Of a DNA stretch of 64,000 bases, positions 50,801-64,000 are shown piece by piece (within the stretch, counting starts at the first letter, position 1; every line of letters begins with the position of its first letter). The notes below the pieces were generated by a model. That model was not told the DNA's origin, ran no database searches, and saw nothing but the letters and a program-made list of their open reading frames with translations. The translations under genes were made by a program, and so were the position numbers. Origin of the DNA: Welwitschia mirabilis (taxonomy: Eukaryota); the NCBI GenBank assembly GCA_051453625.1, contig JBOZIK010000001.1, positions 32,001,112-32,065,111 of the forward strand, read 5' to 3'.

Positions 50801-52440
50801 ATTTCTTAAAGCTATTTCATATTATGGATGATGCATTTAATCATACTATGAAAGATTTTTTAGGATAAAAAGATGATGAAAATAAATCATATCCTATTGC
50901 TTATATAAGAAAAAAATTAAATTTATTTCAATATTATTGTATAATAACTAAAAAGGAGATATAGTAGTAATAATGATACTATAAAAATTTGGGCATTACA
51001 TTTTACGACATGAAGTTAAAGGGCATGATGATCATAGTTCTATTATATTCTTAATAAATACAAAGGAAGAAAATTCAAGGATCATGAGACATATATAAGA
51101 GATCAAAGAATTTGATTTAAAAATTATCACCAAAAAAGGAACTAAAAATGTAGTTTCATACCATCTATTAATATTACATTTTTCACATGAAGATAAACAA
51201 ATAAATGCAAGGAATGAATTCTTTTATAAGAACCTCCTAAAATTTTAGATAAATCATCAGTATAAAGATATAGCTAGTTTCATAGTTGATAAGAAATTAC
51301 CATCATATTTGAATCATTTTGAAAGAAAATGATTATTAAGAGAATTCAAAGATTGCATATGGCACAATGAAACTCTATTAAACCGTGTAAGGATCATATA
51401 ATTAAAAGATGGATGGAGAAGAATTTACAAAAAAAAAAAATTATTAAAAAAGCACATGATGAAAAAGGTAAAAAAACATTATAATGTAAAAATAATAGGA
51501 ATAAAAGTTCCTAACATGGCATATTATTGCCATACAATATTTAAAGATTCTCTCAAATATTAGAAATTCCATAATAATATATTCAAGCATTAGAGCCATT
51601 TGATATAGAGGATATATATTTCATTAGCTTCATTAATCCTTCATCACATGGAAATAGGTACACATTGGTTTATGTTAATTAACTAACTAAATGAGCTAAG
51701 ATTGAGGCTAAGTCACATTATTCTTTCCAAGCAATTATTAATTTATTTTTCAAAAATATTATTTATAGTTTTAGAACACCTAGGAAGTTTATTTCCAATA
51801 GGAAACCCAATTTACTAATGGATGTTTTGGCAAACTTCTCTCTAAATTTGAAATTCATCATACATTATCCATGGATTATAACCCTCAATTAAATGATTAA
51901 TCTAAGGTAATAAATAAAGAACTTAATGTAATTTAATAAAAACCATAAATATAAAGAATATTAATTTGAAACGAAAACCAAATGAAAGATTATGGACTAA
52001 TAGGATAACTTGAAAGAATAGTATAAGATTCACATCCTATGAGTTAGTAGATGATAAAATGAAACTAAGTAATTGAACTTAAGATAAAAAATTTTAAATT
52101 AGTGAGATGATTAAAAAGAAAATTTGATGAAGACTAGATGAAACGGATTAATAACATAAATATCTTAGATGAAAAAATAATAAAGCCCCTATTAAGAAAA
52201 GAAATATGAGAAAAGATAGAAACTTTACATGATTAAAAGATTGGCGAAATAGAATTTAAAATAAAAGACTCAGTGATGGTATATAATCCTAATAAATTAC
52301 ATTACAAGTAAAAGTATGAATAGAATTTTCTTAGATCATATAAAATAATTATATTATACATAATAAAGTAGTTGAGATTTATGATTTAGATGAAGAAGTT
52401 ACTTATCAGGTTAATGGATAAAGAATCAAAATTTTGTAAA
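47850..52440 (+). pseudogene. Athila-like gypsy gag-pol relic
   Basis: Motifs: gag IFSFSLKVKAWLWY; PR NPKNPMINIK..LINFKASTNV; RT EITKLLDK*FIYPISYS and KDHFSLHFIDKILER; RH FHIMDDAFNH; INT C-terminus VNG*RIK. Confidence 0.88.
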
Positions 52441-53704
52441 GATCAAAAATTTTTACTAGAGTGTTTAGGAAACCCTTTTAGAATGAAGAGGATACTCCCA
52501 TTCTTTCTTTTATAATAAATTACTTTATATAATTAAATAAATCATGTTAATTCTTTAGGATATTTTATCTGTTAACATATTAAAAATGAATTTGAATGAC
52601 TTAGAAGAAAAAAGGCTAGCCTATTATAAATTTGATAGAAAGTCATGCACTATATCATAAGTTAAGGCTCTATGAAGTATTTATTTTATACACACATGCA
52701 TACACATAAATTAAAAAATTAAAAACATTAAAAAACACACACATACATATACACACACACATAATAAAAAGTAAATCATCACAATGTCCTATTGCAAGTG
52801 TACATGAGTAAATACTCTTGAAAAGGGCTCTTGGAAGTGTAATATGATAGCTATGAAAACTTCAATGAGGGGTTAAATAACCATGATCTAGATTACATCT
52901 TGTGGGCACTTACTCCTTAGATACTAGTTTTATTTTTTTAGTGATGAATAAGAATTGATTTTTATGATTTTGAAATTGTTAAGAAACAATGACGTTCTAA
53001 GAGTCATCTAAGGTTTAGGTTGTTACTAAAGATATGTTTAGTCATAAAGGAACAATATTGGTAGAAGGTCAACTATATCTTAGAGACCATCTAAGGTATA
53101 GCTAGATTATACTAATATATTACACCTTAATATTTTAGCGAAGGATTACTTAAAATATAGGTAAATTAATAAAAAATGAAATAGTGGTAATACAATAAGT
53201 ATATGTACATAATAATTAAATTTCTATTAAAGAAGAAGAAAATTATCTTATTTTTAAGATAAATTAAATAATCTCATAACAATTTATTAAGTTAAAATTA
53301 TAGAATCTCTTTAAATAAAATTGAGATGGATCTTATATATTATTTATGTGGAAAAAAGAGAGAAAGAGAAAAATAGAGTCACTTAAACACTTGAGAAAAA
53401 TAGAGTCCCTTAAACACTTCATTCATTAATACAAACTTATTATAAAATTTTAAACTAATGATGAACACTCAATTAAGATGAAATTAAACTAACTTACATT
53501 AGCTTAGTAAAATTTACTTTAAAGAATGATCTTTACATAGGTTAATTTGGTTTTTACTCACATCCTAAATGAAGTAGAAAACTTATTCTTTCTCTTTGAT
53601 ATCCTAATCTTTGAAGATCTAGATAAGGATGGAAATAGATGCATCTCACTATGTTAATATAATCCTTTGAATTCCATACATTCTTATAAATGTTTTATTT
53701 ATTA

Positions 53705-56700
53705 AAATTTAAACAAGTTTTACAACTTCTTGTCATCCATGTTGATCCTCGTACATTACAAAATCACACTTAACTTGTTTTTGACATAACATATGAAGAA
53801 TATAAAAGAGAAATTAATAGAAATAAAATTATCTTTTATTAATAACCATGCTCCTTACATCAACTATAGAATAGTTACTTCTTAATGAATGATACATAGC
53901 CTAATACTAGGGTAGGCTCCTCTCTTAAGCTAGATGAATATCTTGTCTAAAATACTTTAATGTACTAAGTAATTTTGATGCATAAGAGATAGGACATGGA
54001 AAACCTAAAAGGGGGTATTTATAGGTTTGAATTGACTATTTAGGTTACCAAGTGTAGTAACAAATTAAGAGTAATCATATTATTGATTTTGTAATGTATT
54101 CTTAATGTAACATCTTCTTATTATAATGTCTTATTGATGTAATGTCTTCTTAGCATAACATCTTGATGATGTAATGTATTTTTGGTGTAATATCTTCTTG
54201 GTTAGGTGAAAGTTTGATGATGTAATGTCTTCTTGGTGTAATATCTTCTTGGTTAGGTAAAAGTTATTATAATGAGTTTAACGCTTAATCTTTGGATCGT
54301 GATGCCTTTACTAATTAATGCTATCACCATGTGTCTTCAATGTCATCACCATGTCACTGCCACATGTCATTGTTACATGTCATTACCATGTGTTACTAGT
54401 ACAAATCTTTCTCAAATGCTCCATAAGTATTTCATTTTGATTCAATTTATTATCAATTCTTTATCTTTAGCCTTTGACATTAAAATGAATTACTTTGGGT
54501 ATTAAACCTACAAAAAGGACCTACAAAATACTTTAAACATAATATTAAATATGGCTAATTTGGCTCGCAATATATCCCTCTATCGAGAATTTGTCAATTC
54601 CTCACAAAGAAAGAAAAAAAGAATAGAAGTAATCCAAACTAAAAAAGAGATGAAAAGTAATACTTAAACATAAAGGATCTGACATTATTACACATAAAGT
54701 GCATCTCATTTTAGCATATCAAAAAAAAAATTCTAATTAAACATCATAAGAAGAATATGCATTAAATTCAAAACAATGGTTTCAATTCTATAATAAACAA
54801 ATTCATTCTGAATATAATATTTTAAATATTCCAAATATTTCAACCCCATGAATTAGATAAATTCATCCTAAATTTTAAGCAAGTTCACATGTGAAATAAA
54901 TTAAACATTTCAAGGGATGTAAACTAAAAAGTCAAAGTCTAGAAGGAAAAATACAAACATAAAATAAAAGNNNNNNNNNNNNNNNNNNNNNNNNNNNNNN
55001 NNNNNNACAAACATTGAACTACTTAGATCATAAATCCTAACCTCTTAAAACTTAAAATTTTATTTGAAATAAAAATAAGTACAAATCATTTTCAAAATAT
55101 AAAATTTATTTTTCTAATGCTTTGGTCTTATGCTAAATAGAAAAGTTACAGTTAATACCTTTAAAATTATCTACCTTAATGAAAAGAAATAAATACATTG
55201 CATTATAACATATTCTACTTGAATTTGATCAATTAACAATAGTCTCTCATTCCTAATTTAAAGATACATGATTCTTGATCAGTAAAANNNNNNNNNNATT
55301 ACAGTTTTGTCTGAGTAACATGGATGCAAATGTTAATGTACTAATTAAAATTGACATATCATAGCTATAATCCCAAACATTAATGGCTAGAAACTAATAA
55401 TAGTTGATAATGGGATAATTACAAAATACTTTGAGATGTACCTTCTTTTACCTTAAATTCCTTCCATTATGGAGTGCTCATCTCTAAACCACTAACCTTG
55501 TTTTTATCACAAGTAGTAGGATCCAATAGATAAGACATAGGATGTTAAGAAACTTTACCTAATCACCAAGATAGATTAGGAGTTATTATCAAAAGTGATT
55601 TATGATATAAATTGATATCTCATCTTTTTCTTTTTCATTTTTCCCCTTTACCTCACAAATATGAAAAGACACCTATGCATTACCAAAGTACTAATAACTT
55701 GTAGCATTAATGTAAATGGTGTTGATGAAGATAAAAAGAATACAATATGAATAACTTGTAGCCATGTTTAACCAATTTCCATTAATACTTCTAAGAGTTT
55801 TTAAGCATCATATAAAATCAAACTGAGTAAATTTCCACCCCATACAAAATTCATAGTTGCTTAGTTTAGCTGTTTATTTCACTATAAAGTGGTTAACAAG
55901 TTCTCCTCTTGAGAATTCATCTACAAAGTTGGACAACGAATTAAAAATCTCTCATAGGTTATAAGAAAAGACTCATAATGTGTTGTGCAAATTTGGTTAC
56001 ATATTTTAATTTTTTCTAATGGTTGTTTCACTCATGAACCTTTTTATGAAGGCATCTTCAGCTTGGTCCAAAGTCTTAAGGCCTTTAGGGGGGATAGTTT
56101 TCAATAATTTTTTGCCTTTCATCTAATGGTAATGAGAAACTAATCATGTAAGTCCTATTAACTACCTTTTTTCTCTCATTTTGTAAGCTAAGAATGAGTT
56201 ATTTTATTTTAGCTAGGAGTTTCAAAGGATTTTATTCTTCATCTTCTAAAAAGGAGGATAGGATTAAAGGTTTTTAAGCTTTACATCATCTCTAGTATAT
56301 AGGTTAAAATGGGTTTTTAATCTTATTTTTTTATTATATTCTATGATTAAGAGTTAATGAGATAGAAGTTGAATAGAGGATCATATGTTTAAAGGTTTAG
56401 AAGGGAAAAAGATTTGAGAGATAGGTTCTTTAGAGGGGTTTAAAGAGGAAAACAATTTATAAAATAAATTGCTTTTAAAAATAGGTAAATGAATTTTAGA
56501 ATTATGAAAAGTAGAATAACCATCTTATTCTATTTTAAACTGAAATAAAGCTTTCTCCCCTCTAGTTCTTGAATTAAAATCCATGAATCCTTTTTAAATC
56601 ATTTTACTAACAAATTACTTCTCTCGCTGGTTCTTTTTATGCATTACCATTCCCTTGCATTTTCGTAAAATGTTAAATAAACTTCTTTACATCTAAATGG

Positions 56701-58171
56701 AAAAATCCCTTTTAGATCACACAAAATATAAGAAGGAGGCTATACCAATAATGAATGTGGAATCCACTTAGATTTAGTGAAACACAAAGTGTAGACAAAT
56801 TTGTTGAAAACATTGGTAATCTTTCAACTTTAAACAAAAATTAAAACTAACAAAAAATAAAAAATCAAGCTAAAATATGAAAGTAAAAATTTAAACTAAC
56901 ATAAGAAAAATAAAAAACATATGTGCCCACTACATAAGAAAACATCTTAAAATCAATTTATTACTTAAGTAGTGAGAATCAATCTTCTAAATGCTCTTGA
57001 ACGGCTTCCTAGTAATGGAACCAATTTATTGGAGTACATGTCATGTGATTTTCTTCAATTAATCATCTTCAAATACAACTTGCAATATTAGTATCTAGTA
57101 CACACAAAAAATACTAGTATAGGAAGTCAACCCAAATATTTTGCTCTAGAGAGAAATTTGCAAGTGAATTAGGAGATTTTATAAAAAAGGATTAAAATGA
57201 TTCTATATTTTAAATTTTAGAATGATAAATGATTGAAATGTAAAAACAAGAAAAAGTACAATGAATGAATGTAAAGATGAGATGCAAGTCTAAATGGAAA
57301 TACCAACCAAGTTTACTAGCTTATTGTCACCCATGTTAGCCCTTATATACTATATCAAAATTACAATTAACTTGATTTTGACATAACATAGAGAGAAGTT
57401 ATTAAAAATAAAATGATATTTTATTAAGCACCATGCTCCTTACATCAATGGTAAAGTAGTTTTTCCTCAATATAGGATATATATCCCAACATAAAGATAA
57501 GATCCTCTCTTAAGTCATGGATGAATCACCCAAAATGCTTTAACATCACAAGTGATTTTGATGTAAGAAAGATAAGAAATGGGGAATCTGATAGGTGTAT
57601 TTATGGGTTTGGATTAAATCTTTAGGTCACTAAAGATACTAATATATTAAGAGTAATAACATCACTGATTTTATAATGTCTTCTTAATGTGATATTTTCT
57701 TGATGTAACATATTCTTAGTTTAATGTCTTCTTAGTATAGTATCTTATTCTACATGTCTTCTTGATGTAACATCTTCTTGATGTAATGCCTTCTTGGATA
57801 GGTGAAATTTATCATGATGAGTCCAACACTTAGCCTTTAAATCATGATGCCTTTACAAATCTATGCTATCATCATGTGTTATCAACATCACTACCATGTC
57901 ATTGTTACATTTCACTACCAACATGTCACTACTAGATGTCATTACCACATGTTACTATAAGATGTCATTATCACATGTTACTATCACATGTCACTACTAC
58001 ATGTCTTCCTCAAATGCTTCATGATTACTTCATCTTGATTCAAATTATTATTAATTATTTATCCTTGGTCTTTGACATCAAAAGTGGATAATTTGAGCAT
58101 TAAACCTTTAAAAAGAACCTGAAAACATACTCTAAACATGATGTTAAGTATAACCAATTTGGCTTGCAACA
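53705..58171 (-). mobile_element. Nested, internally deleted Athila-type element: 5' LTR ~57027-58171, PBS 57005-57023, gag fragment ~55700-56300, truncated 3' LTR ~53705-54572
   Basis: 53705-54572 and ~57310-58171 are direct repeats. The LTR starts TGTTGCAAGCC, the PBS is TGGTTCCATTACTAGGAAG, and the gag peptide is IPPKGLKTLDQAEDAFIKRF. No pol was seen. Confidence 0.78.
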
Positions 58172-59860
58172 CTTCTTAAAATAGTCTTTACAATTTTAAT
58201 TAAGTATTCATTGGTCTAATGATTGATTATTAGTTCAAAATAAAAAGGGATTATGACATGGTAAAACTTATCTTTATCATTCTTCATGATAAAATAGTCC
58301 AATGTATGTAGCATCTCAACTATAGACTTATAAATGAAAATGAAGGTTGAAATACATTCTTTGTTGTAAGAATAATTTGAGAAGATATGGCATTAATGCT
58401 CTAAATGCACATATCTTTTTAAGTTTAAGCGCGAAAAAAGAAATCATGCTAGAAAGGACAGCAAGAGAATACAAAAATTGGAAAGATCTACAAATTTGTG
58501 AGTCATAATTAACCCTATCCAAGTTAAGAAACACTCTAAGTAAACTTACTTAAGAAAATATTAATAAAGATATTATTTTTTGTATTANNNNNNNNNNNNN
58601 NNNNNNNNNNNNNNNNNNNNNNNNNNNNNNNNNNNNNNNNNNNNNNNNNNNNNNNNNNNNNNNNNNNNNNNNNNNNNNNNNNNNNNNTTAGTCAGTACTT
58701 TTTTTTTTAATTAATGTATTCTTTTACAAGTGTTCACTTATTTGTAGTTTATAAAATGCTAAGTATCAAGTTTACAAGATTACATAAAATAGAAAACAAA
58801 TCAAAATATAACCCTATCTCTTAAAGTAAGCTACATACTTTAATTGCATTTATTTCTCTCCAACTTTGCAGATTCATTATTAACTACCTATTTCAACTAA
58901 ATTATTTATTAATAAAGTTGATTTTTCCACCTAAAGCAAAAACTTTAGGATGAACTTTAGATTAGTCTAATTTATAAGATTTGGTTCTTTAGTTAATTCT
59001 TAGAAATAATGGTAGATATCAAATAAAGTAATACATCTCATAAGGCCTAAATAATTAAATTTTTATTTTCAATTCATGTGTATCTACTGAAGGGAAAATT
59101 GACTCTTTAAATACCCCCTTTATTTTTTTTTTCTTTAACTTTGCGTCATCATTTTTGTTCCTAATTATTTATACTAAATCTAAATTCCATGGTATTTAAG
59201 CTTGAAGATCCTTTTTAAGAATCCTTGAAGGCCCTATTTGAACTCTAATATCTTATGATACAATAATCAAATATAACACTTAAGCTTGAAGATCCTCTTA
59301 GAAAAACCCATAATTATTAAAGACACCTTAGAGATTTAGGAGGTTGTGCTATCTTAAACACTTAATTACAATCATTAAATTACTCTCTCTCTTATTGTCC
59401 TATAACTCAAAGGCCCCCTTTAACTATGAGATACATCCTTCAACTTACATCTAACATAACTTTTTAACATCATTAATATTATTTTCACATTATCACAAAA
59501 TCATTTCTATCTCCAATTCAAAAGCTTCTTTGACTATGAGTTACCATCTTTTGTTTACCACATCACTTCTCATCTAGTTAATGTCCATATTATTGGTACT
59601 GAATTTCACTTTAATGCTAAAATATTTACTAATTTTTTCTCTCACTAGTGATAATGCTTATTAATAGCCTTTATTATTTATAAATAAGTATAATATTAAT
59701 TTTTTATTCATTTCTTACCATTAGATTTTCTTTTTTGAAATGAATTTCTTCAGCTTTTCTCTCATAATAACACATGTAGCAGTTATTCTATTAGATAAGA
59801 ACTTTTATTTACTACATTCAAAAGCATTCATGAGTTTATTAGGGATGAGGAGTTAATTTG

Positions 59861-60030
59861 AAACTTCTATGATTTATTTAAAATAAAAACTTGCATGATT
59901 CATCTAAACTTAAAACTTTCACAATTCATCTAGACTTAAAACTTATAGGGTTTATTTAAGTGTGAAACTTACGTGGTTTATTTAAATGTAAAACCTACAT
60001 GATTTATTTAAACATGAAGCTTGAAAATTT
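59861..60030. repeat. 26-bp tandem minisatellite (~6.5 copies)
   Basis: Consecutive units resemble aaacttgcatgattcatctaaactta. Confidence 0.85.
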
Positions 60031-61149
60031 TATTTAATATTAAAATCTACTTATTTTATTACAAATTTAAAATTCAAACTTACTTAGGTAAGATATTTAT
60101 TAGGCCTACAAGTAGATTTCCAAATCAATTGAGATTAGAACTAGTCTTATTTGCATTTAGATTCAAACAAAAGTTTATCTAACTACATGAATCATTTATT
60201 ATATAAAATGGAAAATTTATCTCCTCAATAAATTTTAAAATTTACTTTAAGATCCATACTTAAAAAAGGTTAAGAAGAGAAATATTGAGTTTCACTGATA
60301 GCATTAGTTATTAATAAACAAAAAATATAGTGTAGAAATAGTATTTAATTTTTACAATAATTTAAAAGATATTAAAGATAGTCAAATTCTTATCAGAAAT
60401 GTGAATACACTATAATTTATTTCTCTCAAGAAGATATTAGAAAAATACCTCAACTTTCAAAGGGAAAAAATCCATTAAAAGTTTAAATAAAAATAAAAAG
60501 GTCAAGTTGTGCATGATCTTATTTGAAAAAGTTTTAAATAAGAAAGGAAGAATTGACTAAAATAAAAATTCACAATTCAAATTATTCATAATAATTCAAA
60601 ATTTTAATAATAATTTAGTTTTTGTACTTATGAAATAAAAGGAAATGAGTTTTCTTTGGATGTTTCTAGCTAAAGATATCAAGAATCCTACAAAATAGAA
60701 AATTGTTATTATAGTAGGATGCATGTTTTAGAATTTAATTAGACATATAATAAAAAGGAGGAAAGTGAAAACATCTAGAATCATTATGTTAGGTTTATCA
60801 TTCTTAATAATAAGAATGTTTAAAAGAAAAAGAGTAAACCCTTAAATAAATAAACCTTATGTTGAATTAACTATATAATCCCTACTCGATGTCAAGGAAT
60901 TAAGTATTATAAAAGTAAAAGAAGAATAAAGTTAAGATTAGAAACCATTAATACCTAAAACTAGTTAAATATTTTTTTATTAAATAATTAATTTTTAATC
61001 TTAACCTTTTAAATTAAAGGATATTTTTACTTTCTCCACTCATCTCTAGAAAATATGATAAGGGGTCCCTTTACCCGCTTCCCCTCCACCCCTAGAATAG
61101 TTTTCACCTCCTCCAATTCTTTGGCTATGATCTTTTCCCAAATCTCTAG

Positions 61150-62750
61150 AAAGATAAATTAAATAGTAAATATAATTTCTTAGATACCTTTAAAGAGAAA
61201 GTTAAGTCAATCATCCAAACAAAAGATGAAATTTCTAGTTAATAAAATGAAACTTCATGTTTAAAAATAGAAAATGAATTTTTAAGATAATAGTTTAACT
61301 AAGAAAAAGATAACTATATTAATTGTAGTATGAATTATAAAAATCTAAAAAAGCCAAAAAAATTCTAGATTTTAGATTTTCATATGAAAACCAATGTAAA
61401 ATTTAGATTAGCTTATGAATTAATAACAAAATTAAAAACTTCTTTGAAAGAAAAGAATGCCTCTGAGGCTTATCTAGTAAATAAAGAAAATATATTGATC
61501 TCCATGTAAAACATGACAATTCGTTTAAAAAAATGATTTGAATTATATAGAGTATTAATAAAAATTTATTACATTCATGCATAATGAGGGTCCATCACCA
61601 TTAAATAAATAATATTCAAAAAATATATATGTAGGTTTACAACGAATATATAAAAAAATATGAAGATTTAAATGGAGGATATCAATTAGAAATAGACATG
61701 GATGAAGGCATTAAATTAAATTAGTTTTTACTAGACAACTTTAAAGGCTAATCAAAAACTATTATTTAATCGTTAGATGGAAATAAGGCTTTAGAGGACA
61801 AACTAAAGGCTAAAGCTCTATATAATTATTTTTCTAGAATCCCAAAGAGTCACCAATTTCATGAAAATGTTTTATGTATTTTTAGGGCCTTCTTAGAAAA
61901 TTTTAATTCCAAAATGAAAAATTATCTGTCAAAAATAGAAATGGAAATAAAAGGATCTATGAAGAAATATTTTGCTTATCTTAAAAATAATATCATAATA
62001 GTATGTCTAGAGTTGACTCAAGTATTAGATCAGAAGCTAGAAAAAGAAAATCCAGAATTCATGATTAGAAAAGAAAATAAAACATGAACATGAAGAGTTA
62101 GTAATATCCACGAGCCTAGGTACTTATCCTAAAAACCTATATGATTTCATAAATTATAATTCAAAAGAAATTAGAAAATGTCATTCAGATTCATAAACAA
62201 TTATGAGATATCATTTAAAAAACCTTTAGTGCATGAACTAATATTTGCAAAATTTTTGAAATAAATATTATAGAGTGGAATAAAATAAAAGTAAAGTTTT
62301 ATTTTAAAAAAAAAGAAGTATTATCCACAAAGGGCACTAGCACTCTATTGAAGGAAATAATAGCTAAACTTTATAAAATAATGGAAGATTGTAAAATAGA
62401 CATGAAAAGTTCTATAGTAATTTCATAAGATATTAAAAAGTTATACCTCTTTAAAGATAGAATGATAAATTATATGAAGATGTTAAAAGGAATAATTTCA
62501 AGTATGTTTTTCAAGATGACTAAAGATAATACTTTAGGCATATACACAATTTCTATTAATGAATCTTCTAGCAAATGAGGTACAATGATTAAAATAACAT
62601 AAGAACTATTCATTACTAAAAATTCCCCTGTAGCATCTAAGAAATAAATCCTAAGAAATATCTATAAGTAAGCCAAGACTCCCATAAGATATATGGATAG
62701 ATAAAGGATCATTCAAATTAAAATTAAAGTTTAAAGAAATATAAATAATT
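61150..62750 (+). pseudogene. Decayed extra ORF between pol and the 3' LTR (env-like position)
   Basis: Long purine-rich frames such as DLNGGYQLEIDMDEGIKLN*FLLDNFKG...ALYNYFSRIPKSHQFHENVLCIFRAFLENF. The position is typical of Athila additional ORFs, but no motif was recognised. Confidence 0.35.
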
Positions 62751-64000
62751 GATCTACAATACCTTACCATTTAGAATAATAAAGAAAGCTTTTAGTCTAA
62801 ATAGAATAATCTTTTAGTACAAATAGAACAAGAAAGAAAGGTAGGTTAATTAGTATAATATATTAGAGAACTTGATTTCTAATAAGACTAACCTTTATGG
62901 TTAAGAAAAGAAGATGACTAATAAAATGTTAACTTTGGCAGAAACTAATGAAGCTAAAATGTTAACTGATATTTTGCATAATTAGTCTTATATTTTATGA
63001 TTTCTTAGTTAATATTTATATATTCTACTACCTAGATAGTTTTAAAATTAATATCAATAATGTTAATCATGTTAGTAATACTAGTAGTTAGTGGTTATTC
63101 ATTTTATTATATTTCACATTCAAATAGTGTATTATAGGTAAAAATCTACTAATATTATCATGTAACATCAAAATAAATAAATGACTGGAACAAATATAGT
63201 AAGATATTCCTAACTATAGTATCCTTAAACTTAGAAAGAGGTAATGGAAATATAGAAGAAAGAAGAGGAACTAAATTTTTAGTGAAAACATATATAGTCC
63301 TAAGGATAAAAAAGGATGGGGAATAATTTAAGAAGGAAAAAACAAGATAAAACTAATAATGGTTTTTAATGAAAGGCTAATTTAAGGCTTTCACTACAAT
63401 TTCTACTTTAATTCTATTTACAAAGGAAATACTATTTGTAATTAGCTATTTTTGATAATATAAGAATTACATTTCTAAAAGAATTATGACTACATTATGA
63501 TTTTATTATATCATGTATTTGAAATTATTTAACTAAAAAGTTTTATTCCTTATGTTGTTAACTTACTAATAATCACTTAAAAAGGCACTATTTTCTTTAA
63601 TCCTTTTTTGATGTTTGTTATTGAACATATACTAGGATATTTATAGTACTTATAAATAGGTGTTATTTTAGTATAAGCACTTCACAAAGCTATATTTCAT
63701 TTAACATCATGTATAATATGTAAATAAGTAATAATTGATCATCCTCCAACTTAAGTTACTCTTGTTGTTCCTTATAAAGATCTCATCTTAGTAATACAAT
63801 TTGAGTTAAATTGGTTAAAATGTTAATTATCTTAATTAGTTATTTTTAGTAATTTTTCATGCTTTTAAAAGCACAATTTAATGTAAAATTTAAGTTAGTA
63901 GTGTAATTTCTTAGTATATTTATTGTAAAAGTTTATGTTATTTTTGTATATTTGCTTTCTAATAACAAGATTAATCATCTCTCTACCTTGAAAACTGTTA

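Larger units (their letters stand above)
46470..63967 (+). mobile_element. Large decayed Athila-like Ty3/gypsy element with probable LTRs ~46470-47395 and ~62960-63967
   Basis: The two terminal regions are colinear direct repeats (shared ggaactaaattt, aaatactatttgtaat, ttttctttaatcct, caa(c/g)ttaagttact-like blocks) and flank gag-PR-RT-RH-INT. The outer LTR starts are uncertain. Confidence 0.72.

Overview
This is AT-rich land-plant nuclear DNA, probably from a seed plant (inferred from the captured gene fragments). It consists almost entirely of nested, decayed transposable elements, with several assembly gaps. I found no intact protein-coding gene, RNA gene or CRISPR array, and most listed ORFs are spurious. 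In order, the window holds: (1) a relatively young Tnt1-like Ty1/copia 5' half on the minus strand (1-4234); (2) an unidentified spliced gene relic (about 4.2-5.5 kb); (3) three 5' ends and one 3' end of an older copia family with ~168-bp LTRs; (4) Athila-type Ty3/gypsy LTR pieces; (5) a 147-bp tandem array; (6) a near-full-length decayed copia (18288-35857); (7) a weak LINE-like relic; and (8) a large decayed Athila-like gypsy element (~46.5-64 kb) containing a nested, deleted gypsy element. The main finding is inside (6). Its RT is split by a ~9.8-kb non-autonomous CACTA-like element (24667-34502) with no recognisable transposase. That element carries fragments of at least three identifiable host genes: a URGT-type nucleotide-sugar transporter, a CER10/ECR enoyl-CoA reductase and an intron-containing TBC Rab-GAP. 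It also carries several unidentified exon-like segments, which makes it a multi-gene Pack-CACTA. All protein identifications come from manual translation and recalled family motifs, not from database searches.
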